The notes: generated by a model not told the origin, from the sequence alone. DNA of 64,000 nucleotides from Acidimicrobiia bacterium (GCA_965215185.1 OZ244034.1:1280001-1344000), one strand, 5' to 3'. Positions 1 to 10,256 are shown, counted from the stretch's first letter. Translations and numbers: made by a program.

Positions 1-810
1 TTCTGTTGTTACTGCCAGCGTCTCCCATGTAGCTGTCGATAGCCTGCACCCCCGTCGAATGACGACCAATGTTGCTGCTTCCCGCAACTGTCGCACCGGT
101 TACGGTGTAACAAGGCCAATCACTAGACGGATAATGGGACAGCCGATCCGCGGCTGCCATCATCAATGCTGCCTCTTGAGCGGCGGTCGAGTACTCTGCT
201 CGTTCGGTCAGAGTGTCAAGCCCCGCCATCTGCCGGTACCAGTTCACCCGCTGCACGGCACTATTACGAAAGGTCTGGCTGGTGGTACCAGCATCACAGT
301 TGGCAACACTTCCCGTGAATCCCGGGTCCGGTTCCTGCCTTTCGAACTCCTGCCGGTAAGCTCGCGCCACCTCCGCCCGGTCCCAAGTGTTAAACCCCTT
401 ACCACCCCAGGAGGTATCCGAGACGAAGGTTCTCACCAGCCACTCCGACGCTTGGTTGGGATCTCTCGCATCGTCACGAGCAACCCCTCCGGGTATCTGA
501 ACCACCACCGCTCCCCGGGCGGCCGGGGTAATCGTTACCCGATAGCCTGAACCGGAGCCCACAAGACCGGACGCTATACCGTTGGTCACCTGTATTTCTC
601 TTCTGCGGAAACCGGTGACCGGCTGAGAGAAGGTGATCCCCACCTCAAAAGAACCAGTCACAACCTGCTCGGCAGAAGAACTCAAATCCACCAACAACCC
701 AACATTCGCTCCACCAACCGCCGTCCGCTCCGGAAAAAAGTCAATGGCACGAGTCAAGAATGTGGCCATCTGCCCACGGGTAACCGAAGCATGAGGACAG
801 TACCGAGCCA
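1..810 (-). pseudogene. 5'-truncated paralog of the SLH-like/Ig-like/CAP surface protein; runs off the left edge of the window
   Basis: Manual translation of the minus strand gives ARYCPHASVTRGQMATFLTRAIDFFPERTAVG...GSFEVGITFSQPVTGFRRR...VQRVNWYRQMAGL...AIDSYMGDAGSNNR, closely matching ORF 4047..7337. It is joined directly to IS3 orfA at ~810. Confidence 0.85.
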
Positions 811-2357
811 CGGCGCAGCGTCTTGAGTTCCTCCAGTTGATCGGTGGTCAAACCCGACCGAACACCTTGGTCGCGTTCTGCCTTACGCACCCACTTACGC
901 AGCGTCTCCGAAGTGCAGCCCACTTTCTCGGCGATCGAACAGATCGCCGCCCACTGCGACCGATGCTCGCCCTGATGGGCGAACACCATCCGCACCGCCC
1001 GTTCTCGCACCTCCGGTGCATACTTGCTAGGTCTTCCCATAATTCTCCATCCTCTCAAGATAGAAAGTGATGGTCCCCCGGTTTTGTGGAGTCAGCTCAC
1101 TTGGATCAGTGGTGCGATGGTTAGGTTGTTGTTGTGGTTTCTTTCGTATTCGATGGGGGTGCGCATTTCCAGTGCGGTGTGGCGGTTGTGGAAGATCTCT
1201 AGGTACTCGAAGATAGCGTTGGCGAGTTCGATACGGGTCCTCCACCTCCTGCGGTCCAACAGCTCGACCTGCATACGAGCCCAAAACGATTCCATGGTGG
1301 CGTTATCGAAACAGTCCCCGACGGTTCCCATGGACGGAACCAGACCGGATTCGAGGGCCCGTTGGGTGAACGCCCAGGAGGTGAATTGGGTGCCCTGGTC
1401 CGAATGTATGACCGTGCCGGGGTCGGGTTGGCGGTTCCCGATTGCCATACCTAACGCGGAGGTGACCAGTCCGGAGGTGGCCGTGTTGTCGATCGACCAG
1501 CCGACGACCCGGCGGCCCGTACACGTCCAGCACCACCGCGCAGTACACCTTGCGCTTGCCGGGTGGGATGCTCTGTGATATCGGTCACCCACAGTTGGTC
1601 CGGTTCGAAACGGGCGAAGTTACGGTCGACCAGGTCCACCGGGCGTGTCCACCGGGCGGGTCCGCCGTCTGGGACTTCGGTCACCTACTAAGACCAGCTA
1701 GACCGGCTCTGCGCATCAGCATCGCTACTGCGTTGTGTCCGACGGTTATTCCATGACCCAACCGCAGTTCGGCGTGCACCCGCCGCGCCCCATAGGTGCC
1801 GCGTGACTGTTCATGGATGTGACAGATGACGTCGGTCAACCAGGCGTGGCGGATGCAAGCGGGCTGACGGCGGCCGGGACCACCCTGGCGTAGAACCCGG
1901 ACTGTGACACCTCGAGCACTCGACACGCCACCTGGGAAGCCCTTCGGTTCTCATGGTCCGGATCGCCTGGTAGCGTCTTTGAGGGACACCACCTGGTCTC
2001 CCAGCAGTTCAATAGCCCGCTTGGTCACGGCCAGTTCGGTTTCCAGCTCGACGATCCGACAGCGAGCGGCCCACAGTTCGGCCTGTTCCTCCGAAGTGGC
2101 ACCCGGTTGTAGACCGCGGTCGATTCGGTCCTGGCGCCGCCAGTTGTAGATCGTCTGATCAGACACCCCAAGATCCGCAGACAACGACGCCACCGACCTG
2201 CCAACTGCCAGCAGATCCAGCACCCTGCGACGGAACTCGGGTGGATATCGATAAGGCATGAAGACTCCTTTCGGGTCAGTCACACCACCAATTCAAATAA
2301 CCCGACTCCACCAAAGTGGGGTACCACCAAAGTCTCCGGAAAACCCGGGGCGATTCA
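811..2357 (-). mobile_element. IS3-family (IS51/IS6110-like) 5' remnant: left IR plus truncated orfA (811..1040), interrupted by a nested IS3
   Basis: Left end on the minus strand reads TGAATCGCCCCGGGTTTTCCGGAGACT, an IS6110-like IR. orfA MGRPSKYAPEVRERAVRMV...IAEKVGCTSETLRKWVRKAERDQG is cut at ELKTLRR. Confidence 0.85.
1068..2329 (-). mobile_element. Full-length (1262 bp) IS3-family element with frameshifted orfB, nested in the left end of another IS3
   Basis: Imperfect IRs TGATGGTCCCCCGGTTTTGTGGAGTC / TGGTGGTACCCCACTTTGGTGGAGTC; 3-bp target duplication AAG at 1065-1067 and 2330-2332; orfA 1951..2259 (MPYRYPPEFRRRVLDL); orfB motifs YGARRVHAEL, WVTDITEH, HSDQGTQF, DNATMESF spread over several frames. 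Confidence 0.92.
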
Positions 2358-3655
2358 CAATGGCTAACCGCACCCACACCACAACAAACAGGTACGGATT
2401 CTAGAAGAGGAGAATGAGGCTCATGTTCGAGGTTGATGTTTTCGGTGGGGTGGACACCCATCGGAATGTTCATGTCGCAGCGGTGGTGGACACCGCCGGT
2501 AGGGTGGTGGCGTCGGCGCCGTTCCGAGCCGACGCCACCGGCTATGAACAGTTGGGTAACTGGTTGGGGTCCCACGGTCGGGTCATACGGGTTGGGGTGG
2601 AGGGCACCGGCAGCTACGGCGCCGGCCTGACCCGCCACCTTATGAGCATCGGTGTTGAGGTGGTGGAAGTGAACCGTCCCAACCGTCAGCTCCGCCGCCG
2701 GTACGGCAAGACCGACACTACCGACGCCCAGGCCGCGGCGCGAGCTGCTCTGAACGGGCAGGCCAGCGGGGTGCCCAAAAGCGGGAACGGACCAGTCGAA
2801 GCAATACGGATGCTGTCTGTGGCTCGTCGTTCGGCGATCAAGGCCCGTACCCAGGCCATCAACCAGATCCATGCTCTGGTGGTTACCGCTCCCGACCAGG
2901 TCAAACACCACCTTTGGGGTCTTTCTCCTAGAGCCCGTGTGAAGGTCTGTGCCGGTTTTCGTCCCGGTACCGCCGCCACCACAACCCGATACGCCAAACA
3001 ATCCCTCCGACTGTTGGCGCGCCGCTATCAGACCCTCACCGCAGAGATCCGAGATCTCGATACAGAGATCACCCGTCTCTGCGCCCAGGCCAACCCCGCG
3101 CTGTTGGCCACTCCCGGTGTAGGTCCCGATATCGCCGCCGCGCTGTTGATCGCCGGCGGTGACAACCCCGAACGGATGGCCTCGGAAGCATCATTCGCTG
3201 CTTTGTGCGGTGTGAGCCCTGTCCAGGCGTCCTCGGGCCGTATCGTGCGCCACCGTCTCAATCGAGGCGGGAACCGTCAAACCAACCAGGCCCTGTGGCG
3301 GATCGCAACCATCCGCACCGCACGAGACCAGCGCACCATTACCTATGTGAAAAAACGCCAAGCGGAAGGCAAAACCCGTCGAGAGATCATCCGCTGTCTC
3401 AAACGGTACATAGCCCGAGAGATCTACCACCTCCTCACCAACCCACCCCCCACCCACTCAGGCGCCCATCTCTGCTGCCTACGCCAAAACGTTCAACGAC
3501 CCTTGCTCAGGCCGCCACAGCCCTCCACAGCCACGCCACGCATATCTCGCGACTCGAACGAGGCCTCTACCACAACCACCACCTCGCCACTCGATACCAC
3601 CAATGGCTCACCACCCTCACCCCATCAAAACTCGATTTGACAATATAGGAGCATC
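2358..3655 (+). mobile_element. IS110-family element with its left non-coding end truncated by IS3; transposase 2414..3648 with a frameshift before a C-terminal HTH
   Basis: DEDD motifs GVDTH, EGTGSYG, KTDTTDA; Transposase_20 motifs PGVGP, GVSPVQASSG, RGGNR; right end ...TTGACAATATAGGAGCATC shared with other copies. Confidence 0.93.
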
Positions 3656-3667
3656 GGTGCGGTTCAA

Positions 3668-3798
3668 CCTTCACATTGCTTACAATTATGGTGTAGCAAT
3701 GGTCTCCATCGGGGGGCTCGGGAAATGGGAGAGTCGGCGTCTCGATACATGGACCAAACGATCGTTTCGTCAGGAGCGCCGGAAGTGGTCCGAGCGAT
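3668..3798 (-). pseudogene. Short inverted fragment of a paralog of ORF 4047..7337 (post-CAP region)
   Basis: IARTTSGAPDETIVWSMYRDADS / EPPDGDHCYTIIVSNVKV matches IARTGSGAPEETIVWSMYRDVDSSPFLEPPDGDHCFTVTVSNVNV at ~6318-6450. Confidence 0.8.
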
Positions 3799-3944
3799 GG
3801 GAGAGCGCAACCAAAAAACCAGGCGCAACCACGACATGAACAACACATGGGAGCCGGCTGCAGTGGAAGTTACAGGTCCGGTTCGAGGAAGGGCCGGGGA
3901 AACCCAATTGTCGAAGAGCTGACAGGGGCCCGTCCGACCCCTGC
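3797..3944 (+). mobile_element. Degenerate group II intron 3' remnant (domains V and VI)
   Basis: 3851-3884 GAGCCGGCTGCAGTGGAAGTTACAGGTCCGGTTC fits the 34-nt domain V pattern (AGC triad, GAGCCGG/CCGGTTC stem). It is followed by GGGCCGGGGAAACCC...GACAGGGGCCCGTCCGACCCCTGC, like the domain VI of actinobacterial introns. Confidence 0.75.
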
Positions 3945-4021
3945 ACACACGTTCCCACCTGGCTGGCGGCAAATCCAGCAAAGTGGGGTATCACCTGTCT
4001 CCAGGAGTCCGGGCCGGTTCA
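3945..4021 (+). mobile_element. IS3 remnant: short integrase-core snippet plus terminal IR
   Basis: The sequence after the intron end encodes VPTWL (cf. IS3 TYVPTW). TGTCTCCAGGAGTCCGGGCCGGTTCA ending at 4021 resembles the IS6110-type IR. Confidence 0.55.
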
Positions 4022-4046
4022 GTTAGGTGTTAGCATCCTTGGGCTT

Positions 4047-7000
4047 GTGAGGTTTGTGGCACCGGTCCGAGTTTGGCGGGTTGTGGTTGTGTTGGTGTTT
4101 GTTGTTTCCTCGGTGGTTCCGGCGGTGTTTGTCGTGGCTGATAGTGGATTTTCTGATATTCATGAGGCGGGGTCGCATCAGCGGGGGGTGGAGAGGTTGG
4201 AGGGGTTGGGGGTTTTGGAGGACACGGAGTGCGAACCGGGCAGGTTCTGTCCTGGAGATGTGTTGGAGCGGTGGGTGATGGCGGTGTGGTTGGTGCGGGT
4301 GCTGGATGGGGTGGATCCTGTGTTGTCGGGTCCGACCCGGTTTGTTGATGTTGATCCTGATCAGTGGTGGGCGCCTTTTGTGGAGCGGTTGGCGGTGTTG
4401 GGGGTTACGGTGGGGTGTGCCAGGAACCCGGCTCGGTATTGTCCTTCTGCTCCTGTTACTCGTGGGCAGATGGCGACTTTTTTGACTCGGGCCTTGGAGC
4501 TTGCTCCGGCTGGGTCTGCGGGGTTTGTTGATATTGGGGGCAATACTCATGCTGGGAATATTGATGCTTTCGCGGCGGCTGGGATCACGATTGGGTGTGC
4601 TGAGAATCCGGCTCGGTATTGTCCTTCTGCTTCTGTTACTCGTGGGCAGATGGCGACTTTTTTGACTCGTGCTATCGAATTTTTTCCGGAGCGGACCGCG
4701 GTTGGTGAGGGTGAGACGCCGGTGTTGTCGGTGGGTTTGAGTTCTCCGTCGTCTGCGATTGTGATGGGTTCGTTTGAGATGGACATCACGTTTTCTCGGC
4801 CGGTGACCGGGTTCGTGGAGGGCGATATTGGGGTGTCCAATGGTCGTGTTACCGGTTTTAGTGGTTCTGGTTCTTCTTACACGGCGACCATTGTTCCGGC
4901 TGCGGATGGGACAGTGGTTGTGTGGGTACCCGCATCTGTCGTTTATGACGATGGGAGCAACACCAACCATGCGTCAAACACGCTGTCCAGAACATATACG
5001 GCCGACCCCAGTCAGACCGATCCGTTGCCGGTAGAAGTCAGTTCTCTGTCGTCTGCGATTGTGGTGGGTTCGTTTGAGGTGGACATCACGTTTTCTCGGC
5101 CGGTGACCGGGTTCGTGGGGGGCGATGTTGGGGTGTCTAATGGTGGTGTTACCGGTTTTAGTGGTTCTGGTTCTTCTTACACGTTGACCATTGTTCCGAC
5201 GGCGGATGGGACAGTGGTTGTGTGGGTACCTGCAGGCGTGGCCAGTGACCAGGCTGGGGATTCCAATCAGGCGTCAGACGCCCTGTCCAGAACGTATGTG
5301 TCGGACCCTGGTCCAGCCGATCCCTTGTCGGTAGAAGTAGGTTCGCAGGCAGAGCAGGTTGTGACAGGTTCTTTTGAGGTTGGGATCACTTTCTCTCGGT
5401 CTGTGACCGGCTTCCGGAGAAGGGATATACAGGTGACCAACGGTACCGCTTCAGGTCTTGTTGGTTCCGGTTCGGGCTATCGGGTTATGGTTACCCCGCG
5501 GGCCCAAGGCGCGGTGGTGGTTCAGGTACCCGGAGGCGTTGCTCACGACGATGCCGGCGATCCCAACCAAGCGTCGGAGTGGTTGGTGAGAACCTTTGTG
5601 TCCGACACCTCCTGGGGTGGTAAGGGGTTTAACACCTGGGACCGGGCAGAAGTGGTGCAAGTCTATGAGGATGAGTTCGAAAGGCAGGAACCGGAGCCAA
5701 GGTTTACTGGCGATGTTGACAGCTGTGATGCGGGTTCCACCAGCCAGGCTTACCGGGTTAGTGTGGTGCAGCGGGTGAACTGGTACCGGATGATGGCGGG
5801 GCTTGACACGGTCACCGAGCGAGCCAGTTATACGGCTACCGTTCAAGAGACAGCATTGATGATGGCAGCCGCCGACCGGCTATCCCATAATCCGTCTGGG
5901 GACTGGCCTTGTTACACCGTAAACGGCGACACAGGCGCCGGTGCAAGCAACATTGGCCGTCATAACACGGGAGTAGAAGCTATCGACTCTTACATGGGAG
6001 ACGGTGGCGGCAATAACAGAGAGGTGGGGCACCGGCGTTGGATTCTGTATCCCCAACTACGGAAGATCGGCATCGGAAATGTCCCTCATGTTCCGTTTGG
6101 TCAGACTGGGGCGAACGCTCTATACGTAATAGATGACAATGTTTGGGGACCTCGTCCCGATGTCAGGGAACAGCGGGGTCTGGTGGCGTGGCCTCCTCCA
6201 GGTTACGTTCCTGCGGAAACAGTGTGGGGTCGATGGTCCTTTTCTCTCCCCGATGCCGACTTCTCCACTGCAACTGTCACGGTCACGGATCAATACGGCT
6301 CTGTCCCCCTGAACGTCATCGCGCGGACCGGTTCCGGCGCTCCTGAAGAAACGATCGTTTGGTCCATGTATCGAGACGTCGACTCCAGTCCGTTTTTAGA
6401 GCCTCCGGATGGAGACCATTGCTTCACCGTAACTGTAAGCAATGTGAACGTTTTTCAGATTGCGCAGTCTCCTTACCGGTACACCACCTGTGTTCTTGAC
6501 CTCGGGAACGGAGAAGAAGGTCCCGGTTCGCTTTACTACCAACCGCCGACGTGGTTAGCTGGGGGAACCCGTATCTCCTATGACGACGCAAACTCGGTTC
6601 AACTGATAGACACCAGCGGCGCCAACCAACGAGTGTTCCTTAGGGTCGGCACCATCATATGGTCACCCAACGACACCAGAATCGCCTACACGAGTTTTGG
6701 CGAGATATGGACTTTGGATGCTGGCGGTCATAACCCGCAATTCGTTGCGAACGGGTACAATCCCCAATGGTCGCCCGATGGCACCAAAATGGCCTATTAT
6801 CGCTCCAACGCGGGAGTCTGGACGATGAACGCCGACGGCACCAACCAGCAACAACTCGTCGCGAACGGGGGTGCCCCCAGGTGGTCACTGGACGGAACCA
6901 GGGTCGCCTACACAAACAACGGGATTTGGTCTGTCAACGCTGATGGCACCAACCAGCGACGGCTCACGACCGACGGGCACAATTACGTTTGGTCGCCTGA

Positions 7001-7337
7001 CGGCACCAAAGTCGCCTACGGGCGGAAGATCAGGGTCGGCGCCAGAACATCCCGCCCAGAGATCTGGATCGTCAACTCCGACGGATCCAACCCGAAACAA
7101 CTGGCCCGAGGCGAGGGACTCCCGGCGTGGTCACCCGACGGCACCACAATTGCATATACGAACAACGGGATCTGGACCACGAAAGCGGACGGCACCAACC
7201 AACGGCAACTCACCACCGGAGGCGCCGGCCCCCCGGCGTGGTCACCCGACGGCACCAAACTAGCCTACAACTACTGGGGCGGACACATACGAATCGTGAA
7301 CGCCGACGGCACAAACCAGCGACAACTCAGCAAATAG
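4047..7337 (+). CDS. Secreted multidomain surface protein: SLH-like repeats, 3 Ig-like domains, CAP/SCP domain, C-terminal PD40/TolB-like beta-propeller
   Basis: Signal peptide; YCP...VTRGQMATFLTRA SLH-like repeats; repeated ITFSRPVTGF...SGSGSSYT Ig modules; CAP motifs VNWYRMMAGL, LSH, GHRRWIL; many WSPDG repeats. Confidence 0.88.
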   Translation: MRFVAPVRVWRVVVVLVFVVSSVVPAVFVVADSGFSDIHEAGSHQRGVERLEGLGVLEDTECEPGRFCPGDVLERWVMAVWLVRVLDGVDPVLSGPTRFVDVDPDQWWAPFVERLAVLGVTVGCARNPARYCPSAPVTRGQMATFLTRALELAPAGSAGFVDIGGNTHAGNIDAFAAAGITIGCAENPARYCPSASVTRGQMATFLTRAIEFFPERTAVGEGETPVLSVGLSSPSSAIVMGSFEMDITFSRPVTGFVEGDIGVSNGRVTGFSGSGSSYTATIVPAADGTVVVWVPASVVYDDGSNTNHASNTLSRTYTADPSQTDPLPVEVSSLSSAIVVGSFEVDITFSRPVTGFVGGDVGVSNGGVTGFSGSGSSYTLTIVPTADGTVVVWVPAGVASDQAGDSNQASDALSRTYVSDPGPADPLSVEVGSQAEQVVTGSFEVGITFSRSVTGFRRRDIQVTNGTASGLVGSGSGYRVMVTPRAQGAVVVQVPGGVAHDDAGDPNQASEWLVRTFVSDTSWGGKGFNTWDRAEVVQVYEDEFERQEPEPRFTGDVDSCDAGSTSQAYRVSVVQRVNWYRMMAGLDTVTERASYTATVQETALMMAAADRLSHNPSGDWPCYTVNGDTGAGASNIGRHNTGVEAIDSYMGDGGGNNREVGHRRWILYPQLRKIGIGNVPHVPFGQTGANALYVIDDNVWGPRPDVREQRGLVAWPPPGYVPAETVWGRWSFSLPDADFSTATVTVTDQYGSVPLNVIARTGSGAPEETIVWSMYRDVDSSPFLEPPDGDHCFTVTVSNVNVFQIAQSPYRYTTCVLDLGNGEEGPGSLYYQPPTWLAGGTRISYDDANSVQLIDTSGANQRVFLRVGTIIWSPNDTRIAYTSFGEIWTLDAGGHNPQFVANGYNPQWSPDGTKMAYYRSNAGVWTMNADGTNQQQLVANGGAPRWSLDGTRVAYTNNGIWSVNADGTNQRRLTTDGHNYVWSPDGTKVAYGRKIRVGARTSRPEIWIVNSDGSNPKQLARGEGLPAWSPDGTTIAYTNNGIWTTKADGTNQRQLTTGGAGPPAWSPDGTKLAYNYWGGHIRIVNADGTNQRQLSK

Positions 7338-7572
7338 GCCCTGGAAACAGGAGGTTGATTGCCAAAACAGATGGTGCTATTTCAAAAGCCGGGTGAGGTT
7401 GATTGGCTGCGGGAGGCAGTGGTGAAGAGCCAGGCTCTTGCTGGTGAGCTCCAACAGCAACAAATCAGAGAGGAAGACAAGACGCATGCAATTGGTGTTA
7501 ACCAGTCCCTAAAGACCGATTGTTCTTTGAACTTCGGAATCTGACGATCCCAAAGGGGGCACTTTGGGATCG

Positions 7573-8952
7573 TCAGCGTCTGGTCTCTCCCCTATCACCT
7601 GAAAGAGCGCGAGATACGTCCAACAGATACGTCCTTTCTTCTGCTGAAAAGGCGATTAACTGACCATCCGGCGACCAATCCCAAAAAAAGAGGTCACTTG
7701 TCACCCGTACGGCATCCTCACCTTGGGAGGTGGAGATCCACAAATCGTCACTGTCGTCGTATCCAAGTCGACTGCCGTCCCGTGACCACATCCAGAACTC
7801 GACATCTGTTGCGAACCGGACAGTATCTCTCCCGCCGGAGGTGGATACCCATAAGTCGCCGTCCTCCTGGTAGGCAATCTTCTCCCCATCGGGCGACCAC
7901 ACAATCGGGACATCGTCAGAGAGTTGCCACGAGAGAAAAATCGCTAACTCCCACACCTCCCCCGCTCCGTCACGAGCTATTCGGACGGAGTCCTGGCCGT
8001 CGGAGGTGGATACCCATAGGTCGCCGTCCTCATCGTGGGCAATCTTCTCCCCATCGGGCGACCACAACCACTCTTCATTCCCGCCACCGCGAGCTATTCG
8101 GACGGAGTCCTGGCCGTCGGAGGTGGATACCCATAAGTCTCCGTCCTCATCGTAAGCAAGTCGTTTCCCATCGGGTGACCAGTTCCACAAGGACACGTCA
8201 CTGGTGAGCCGCTGAGCTTCTTCACCATCGGGGCGGGAAACCCAGAGCTCTCCGTCCTCCTCGTAGGCAAGCAGTTCGCCATCAGGTGACCAAGCCCAAC
8301 TGCCTACGGTGCGTGCCAACCGCTGAGCTTCTTCACCATCGGGGCGGGAAACCCAGAGCTCTCCGTCCTCCTCGTAGGCAAGCAGTTCGCCATCAGGTGA
8401 CCAAGCCCAACTGCCTACGGTGCGTGCCAGCCGCTGAGCTTCTTCACCATCGGGGCGGGAAACCCAGAGCTCTCCGTCCTCCTCGTAGGCAAGCAGTTCG
8501 CCATCAGGTGACCAAGCCCAACTAGCTACATCACTGCTGGTCAGCCGTTCAGTCTCCTCTCCATCTACCCTGAAGACCCAAAGCCCATCGCGGGGGTCAA
8601 CATATGCAACACGACTGCTATCAGGAGACCAGGATTCGAGCAATTCTTCGAAATACGGTTGCTTCTCTGTCAGATGCACAGTTCTCTTCCCATCCACAGA
8701 GGACACCCGCAAGCCATCCCCGCTCTCACTCATAACTACATAGCGACAGTCGGGAGAAAACACAACTTCGTGTGCAGCGGTGGAAATCCGAACCCGGTCA
8801 TCTCCAGGTGCCAAACCCAAATCGTCGCAATCGCTACCAGCCGCAGGTCCTTCCCCTCCTCCACAAGCAATGAGGACTATGGCCATCACTCCGAGTAAAG
8901 CCAAACCAGACGAACGCCACCCTTTGGGAAAGTAGGAGTTGTCTTTGATCAT
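7573..8952 (-). CDS. Lipoprotein with TolB/PD40-like beta-propeller repeats
   Basis: Lipobox LIAC; about 9 WSPDG-type repeats. Confidence 0.85.
   Translation of the reverse strand: MIKDNSYFPKGWRSSGLALLGVMAIVLIACGGGEGPAAGSDCDDLGLAPGDDRVRISTAAHEVVFSPDCRYVVMSESGDGLRVSSVDGKRTVHLTEKQPYFEELLESWSPDSSRVAYVDPRDGLWVFRVDGEETERLTSSDVASWAWSPDGELLAYEEDGELWVSRPDGEEAQRLARTVGSWAWSPDGELLAYEEDGELWVSRPDGEEAQRLARTVGSWAWSPDGELLAYEEDGELWVSRPDGEEAQRLTSDVSLWNWSPDGKRLAYDEDGDLWVSTSDGQDSVRIARGGGNEEWLWSPDGEKIAHDEDGDLWVSTSDGQDSVRIARDGAGEVWELAIFLSWQLSDDVPIVWSPDGEKIAYQEDGDLWVSTSGGRDTVRFATDVEFWMWSRDGSRLGYDDSDDLWISTSQGEDAVRVTSDLFFWDWSPDGQLIAFSAEERTYLLDVSRALSGDRGETRR
8209..8525. repeat. 111-bp near-identical tandem repeat (~3 copies) encoding 37-aa propeller blades
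   Basis: Unit GAGCTTCTTCACCATCGGGGCGGGAAACCCAGAGCTC... recurs at ~8215, 8326 and 8437. Confidence 0.9.
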
Positions 8953-9144
8953 ATGCCAAGAGAATAGAACAACGATTCTCCCCCGCGTAAATCGTCCCTA
9001 GGCGAACCAAGCCGACGCTGAGGTTGGTAAGAAAATTGAGGCTGCGCGAATTTGTGGGGAGCGGGGGTTGAGGTCCTTGGTTAAGGGTTGAGGCCTCGCT
9101 GGAATAGGTGGTGATAACAAATCGCCTAATCCGAGGAGGCCTCA

Positions 9145-9545
9145 ATGAGTGCTGATTTTATGACGGTGCGGCTTCACTTGCCTGGAGTCCGTGTGACCGG
9201 TGTGGTGGTGGACACCCCCACGGAGTTGGTAGTAGGGGTGATTTCTGTCAAGAAGTTGTCCAAGTGCCCGCACTGTGGGTGTTCGTGCCGGCGGGTGCAT
9301 GACCGCCGTCAACGCCGGATCCGTGACCTGGAGGTCAGCGGCCGTCCGACGGTGCTTTTGTGGACCCAGCGGCGGTTCGTGTGCGATAGCTGCGGGAAGC
9401 GACACTTGGAGAATCATCCTCAGTTCGAGGGAGGTATGACACGCCGATTGGCTCGCCGGTTGGTCCAAGACGCCCAGGCGATGCCCGTTCGGGCGGTGGC
9501 CCGCCGTCACCGGATTGGGTGGCATCTGATCATGGGGCTGGTATC
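9145..9545 (+). mobile_element. ISL3-family transposase, N-terminal fragment
   Basis: zf-ISL3 CPHCG...HDRRQRRIRDL...RRFVCDSC followed by the HTH AVARRHRIGWH; truncated where it meets the S8 pseudogene. Confidence 0.88.
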
Positions 9546-10256
9546 ATGGCCATCGTCGTCAGATCTGTGACATTCATAGTCCCCCAACTGCCTGCCCACC
9601 ACGCCATGGGAGAGGTCACGGTGGTCAGCGTCAACACCCGAGTCGATCACGGCCACTGTAACATTCGCTCCCTGCGGCCAGCCGACCCACAACTCCCTGG
9701 CCTGCATCCTCTCTAGGTGCCACTGCTGTTCCGACTCCGGGTCGTCGCTGTATGAACCGGTCTGGGCTGGCCACACTTCTAAAACCGGAGAGCCCACAGC
9801 ATGCACTTCAGGATATGCAGCCAGGCCGTCACGTACCTCAGCAATGCTCCGCCCCTCAAGAGGCACATACTCAACGATCAGACATCCCCCCGAGATTCGC
9901 ACAACCTCCGCCACCTCTTCAAGCGACTCCACAGAAACAGCCTCGGGACACGCCGCGTCCGCATCAAGGGTGGCAACCGCCGCAGCCAAACGCTCCAAGT
10001 CGATATCCGACAACGCAGGAGTAGTGAAAGGATCGAACAGAGGAATCTCCAAAGCAGCAGCCTCGGAGATAACTGAGGGCTGGTCGACATCCCCTCTTTG
10101 TGCATCAGAGTCAATATCGCTGCTCTGCGTGTCAGGGTCAACATGGGCCCTCCCGCCACTGTCTTCATCCAACCCACCAAACGCAACCCAAGCAACAACT
10201 GCGATCAAAGCAACAATCGCCACAGCCACTACCCATCTCCATCGCCCGGGGCTCAT
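9546..10256 (-). pseudogene. Truncated copy of the membrane-anchored S8 protease (N-terminal part only)
   Basis: Homologous to ~19790-20492; includes VAVIDSGV and ends at DDDGH, the catalytic His motif, where ISL3 sequence begins. Confidence 0.85.
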
